Assembly: GCA_002269645.1 (NCBI GenBank)
Contig: NIVC01003755.1
Span: forward strand, 14,610-78,609
DNA: 64,000 bases
Direction of reading: 5' to 3'
Origin: Macrostomum lignano
Taxonomy: Eukaryota
Notes under the pieces: generated by a model
Told to the model about the DNA's origin: nothing
Databases searched by the model: none
The model's input: the letters and a program-made list of their open reading frames with translations, nothing else
Shown: positions 60,201-64,000 of the stretch, piece by piece
How the letters are laid out: each line of letters opens with the position of its first letter
How positions within the stretch are numbered: position 1 is the stretch's first letter
Translations under genes and position numbers: made by a program

Positions 60201-63200
60201 CTCAGTGTTGGGCACCGTAGCGCTGAGCAAAATGATGGCCACGTGCTTGGGCAGCAGGATGAGCACCTCCTCCCACACTACGCCTCGTTCAGCGTCGTTT
60301 ACGTAATGCACCTCGTCAAATATGACCCATTCTAATTCGCGAAGGATGTCGCTGCCGCCGTACAGCATTGAGCGCAGAATCTCCGTGGTCATGATGAGGC
60401 AGGACGCGTTCTGATTCACCTGTTGTTTAAGTTAAGTTTAAAATGGATTGCTAATCTAGCCTAAATGGATATAGGAATAGAATGGATTGCTAATCTAGCC
60501 TAAATAGATATAGGAATAGAATGGATTGCTAATCTAGCCTAAATGGATATAGGAATAGAATGGATTGCTAATCTAGCGTACAGGGATGAAGGAATAGAAT
60601 GGATTGCTAATCTAGCGTACAGGGATGAAGGAATAGAATGGATTGCTAATCTAGCCTACACAGATGAAGGAATAGAATGGATTGCTAATCTAGCGTACAG
60701 GGATGAAGGAATAGAATGGATTGCTAATCTAGCGTACAGGGATGAAGGAATAGAATGGATTGCTAATCTAGCCTACACAGATGAAGGAATAGAATGAATT
60801 GCTAATCTAGCGTACAGGGATGAAGGAATAGAATGGATTGCTAATCTAGCGTACAGGGATGAAGGAATAGAATGGATTGCTAATCTAGCCTACACAGATG
60901 AAGGAATAGAATGGATTGCTAATCTAGCCTACACAGATGAAGGAATAGAATGGATTGCTAATCTAGCCTACACAGATGAAGGAATAGAATGGATTACTAA
61001 TCTAGCCTACACAGATGAAGGAATAGAATGGATTGCTAATCTAGCCTACACAGATGAAGGAATAGAATGGATTGCTAATCTAGCCTACACAGATGAAGGA
61101 ATAGAATGGATTGCTAATCTAGCCTACACAGATGAAGGAATAGAATGGATTGCTAATCTAGCCTACACAGATGAAGGAATAGAATGGATTGCTAATCTAG
61201 CCTACACAGATGAAGGAATAGAATGGATTGCTAATCTAGCCTACACAGATAGCCAGAAAACAGAATGGTTAGCTACATAAAACTAAATCATGCCATAAGA
61301 AGCAAAAGGTTAAACTTTTTCGGCCAACCTGCACATCGCCGGTAATCAGGCCAACATTCTCAGTTGTGAAACACTTCCGAAAGTCGTGAAACTTCTGATT
61401 GGACAGCGCCTTAATAGGCGATGTGTAAATAACTCGGTCTGGCGGCGCAGCGATTGCGCTATGGCGTACTCAGCCACCACTGTTTTGCCCGCCGAGGTGT
61501 GCGCGGCCACGAATATATCGTGGTGTTGCTCCAGGTGGCAAACCGCGTGCTGCTGAAACGGATCCAATGTGAAACTCCAGGTGTGCGCGGGATCCGGCAC
61601 AAGAGCGGACATGTTGGCCACCGGCTGGCTCGAGTCGATGGCCACAGCCCATTCGAACTGGAGAATGAGGGGTGGAGCAAAGATAACAAGATTAGCAGCA
61701 ACCCATTCTCGAATGTCAAAAATGTCACTCGCTAGATTAGCAACCCATTCTCAAATGTCAAAAATGTCACTCGCTAGATTAGCAACCCATTCTCAAATGT
61801 CAAAAATGTCACTAGCTAGATTAGCAACCCATTCTCAAATGTCAAAAATGTCACTCGCTAGATTAGCAACCCATTCTCAAATGTCAAAAATGTCACTAGC
61901 TAGATTAGCAACCCATTCTCAAATGTCAAAAATGTCACTAGCTAGATTAGCAACCCATTCTCAAATGTCAAAAATGTCACTCGCTAGATTAGCAACCCAT
62001 TCTCAAATGTCAAAAATGTCACTAGCTAGATTAGCAACCCATTCTCAAATGTCAAAAATGTCACTAGCTAGATTAGCAACCCATTCTCAAATGTCAAAAA
62101 TGTCACTAGCTAGATTAGCAACCCATTCTCAAATGTCAAAAATGTCACTAGCTAGATTAGCAACCCATTCTCAAATGTCAAAAATGTCACTAGCTAGATT
62201 AGCAACCCATTCTCAAATGTCAAAAATGTCACTAGCTAGATTAGCAACCCATTCTCAAATGTCAAAAATGTCACTAGCTAGATTAGCAACCCATTCTCAA
62301 ATGTCAAAAATGTCACTAGCTAGATTAGCAACCCATTCTCAAATGTCAAAAATGTCACTCGCTAGATTAGCAACCCATTCTCAAATGTCGAAAATGTCAC
62401 TAGCTAGATTAGCAACCCATTCTCAAATGTCAAAAATGTCACTCGCTAGATTAGCAACCCATTCTCAAATGTCAAAAATGTCACTCGCTAGATTAGCAAC
62501 CCATTCTCAAATGTCAAAAATGTCACTCGCTAGATTAGCAACCCATTCTCAAATGTCAAAAATGTCACTCGCTAGATTAGCAACCCATTCTCAACCATCA
62601 ACAATGTCACTGGCTAGATTAGCAATCCATTCTCAAGTCTCAACCCTGAAAAATATCAATCGTTAGATTAGCAATCCATTCTCAACTACTGACAATGTCA
62701 CTCGCTAGATTAGCAATCCATTCTCAAAAATGTCAATCGATAGATTAGCAATCCATTCTCAAAAATGTCAATCGATAGATTAGCAATCCATCCTTGTCCC
62801 TCGCTAGCTTAGCAATCCATTCTCACCCTCAACAATGTCACTCGCTAGATTAGCAAACCATTGTCAACACTTAACACGTACTCTGATAGCTCGTACTCGT
62901 ATATACTTCGTATAAATCAGTAGATATCAACAATATATTAAATCAAAATCAAACAGGCATGATCACGGCTGAATCACCTTCGGCTGGTGCGCAGAGTCGG
63001 CCATCTGCCGCAGCTGGCTGAGCCGACTGCTACTTCCGGCGCCGCTTGCCGACGCCATTGGCAGCCTGCCATCCGGGGTGGAAGTGGATACATGGAGCAT
63101 AGAAGCGGCCCTTTGATCAGCGGCTGACGTATGTCGGCTCCGCACGCTCGGCACCGAGTCGGGCAGTTCTGCCAGCGCTTCGGCGACTGCTACGGCGCCG

Positions 63201-64000
63201 CTGCTGACTTGGCGCTCGAATCCGCTGCTGATAAATTTCAATTATGCGGCAAATATTGAAGAAAACTTAAGAATTTGGGTGTGAAATGGGCTGGGGATCT
63301 AGAAGGGTGGATCTTTACGAGTAATAGGAGGATCTGAGGATTTGGGAAGGCGGCGATTCAATCTGAGGATTTGAGAGGGCATTCAATCTGAGGATTTGAG
63401 AGGGCATTCAATCTGAGGATTTGAGAGGGCATTCAATCTGAGGATTTGAGAGGGCATTCAATCTGAGGATTTGAGAGGGCATTTAATCTGAGGATTTGAG
63501 AGGGCATTCAATCTGAGGATTTGAGAGGGCATTCAATCTGAGGATTTCAGAGGACATTCAATCTGAGGATTTCAGAGGACATTCAATCTGAGGATTTCAG
63601 AGGACATTCAATCTGAGGATTTGAGAGGGCATTCAATCTGAGTATTTGGGAAGGCGGCGATTCAATCAGAGGATTTAAGAGGGCCTTTAATCTGAGATTT
63701 TGGAAAGGTAAAATATTACTCTTAAGGGATTGGTTGTTAGAAGATAAAGAGAAAATGCGAACCCAGGCAGGCTGTCCTCGCCCTGAAGCGACAAATCCAG
63801 AGACAAGTCCAGCCCTGGCGGCTGGATCAGGAATTGCGAGCTATCAGTCGTAGCACCGACCAGGAGTCGTCGGACGCTGTCCGGCCGTCGCAGCGGGTTC
63901 GGGCGTGGCTTCATCCGGTCGGAACGGCACGGAGCCGACCGACGGCTCGGAGACGCCGGCTCCGGCGCCGCCGCCAGGCCGATTGTACATTCGCTGCATC
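54241..64000 (-). CDS. SKIV2L: Ski2/SKIV2L DExH RNA helicase, 5'-partial, 10 exons in the window, one -1 frameshift
   Basis: Exons: 63763 to >64000, 62978-63227, 61329-61657, 59842-60419, 58804-59050, 57640-58178, 56775-57273, 55728-55922, 54597-55048, 54241-54481. Motifs: [73 protein letters not shown], and the C-terminal [17 protein letters not shown]. Confidence 0.95.
55155..55680. repeat. 25-bp minisatellite in a SKIV2L intron
   Basis: Unit TATAGCATGTGTACATTGGAGACYG. Confidence 0.96.
55996..56173. mobile_element. Mini-element with TATGG...CCATA inverted termini in a SKIV2L intron
   Basis: GTCTATGGTCAAAAGCC (55996) and GGCTTTGACCATA (56161-56173). The left end also matches the reverse complement of 4857-4872. 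Confidence 0.5.
58245..58777. repeat. 28-30 bp minisatellite, reverse complement of the 1-3015 array, in a SKIV2L intron
   Basis: Unit CCACCCTCTGACTCTCCATGTGCCACTCC. Confidence 0.96.
59155..59757. repeat. 16-bp minisatellite in the SKIV2L GC-AG intron
   Basis: Unit ACCTGGAAGTCAAGTT/C, which reads TGACTTCCAGGTAACT on the transcript strand. Confidence 0.96.
60441..61250. repeat. 39-bp minisatellite in a SKIV2L intron
   Basis: Unit GGAATAGAATGGATTGCTAATCTAGCCTACACAGATGAA. Confidence 0.96.
61685..62860. repeat. 42-bp minisatellite in a SKIV2L intron
   Basis: Unit GCTAGATTAGCAACCCATTCTCAAATGTCAAAAATGTCACTC/A. Confidence 0.97.
63325..63705. repeat. 25-bp minisatellite in a SKIV2L intron
   Basis: Unit ATCTGAGGATTTGAGAGGGCATTCA. 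Confidence 0.95.

Noticed and set aside
61569-62666. 365-aa ORF with [14 protein letters not shown] repeats
   Set aside because: Antisense translation of the 42-bp intronic array, whose unit length is a multiple of three.
54035-63705. Similarity of the CTGAGGATCTGAGAGGGCA repeats (54035-54212) to the 25-bp array at 63325
   Set aside because: Only ~18 bp are shared and in the same orientation, which is too weak to interpret.

Overview
Eukaryotic (animal) genomic DNA. GC-rich exons separated by minisatellite-filled introns suggest a Macrostomum-like flatworm, which is an inference only. Four host genes were reconstructed by hand from splice sites and reading-frame continuity: sphingosine-1-phosphate lyase (minus, 14 exons, 15317-33710), cytochrome c (minus, uninterrupted CDS, 40765-41094), a GT32 DxD glycosyltransferase (plus, 4 exons, 47623-51911) and the Ski2/SKIV2L helicase (minus, 10 exons, 54241 to beyond 64000, one -1 frameshift). 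Mobile DNA comprises an apparently intact Crypton-type tyrosine-recombinase element inside an SGPL1 intron, bounded by an 18-bp direct repeat; a related remnant; many mini-elements sharing its CCATAGAC core; an internally deleted Ty3/Gypsy element with identical LTRs and a TSD; a diverged solo LTR; a 5'-truncated RTE-like LINE with a TSD plus two decayed fragments; two tRNA-derived SINEs; and more than 20 tandem arrays. The most notable observations are (1) the recombinase plus CCATAGAC core system, (2) reverse-complementary minisatellites flanking one SKIV2L exon, and (3) a GC-AG intron filled with tandem AG|GT motifs. All coordinates and counts were made by eye. Most long ORFs in the supplied track are artefacts of tandem repeats.
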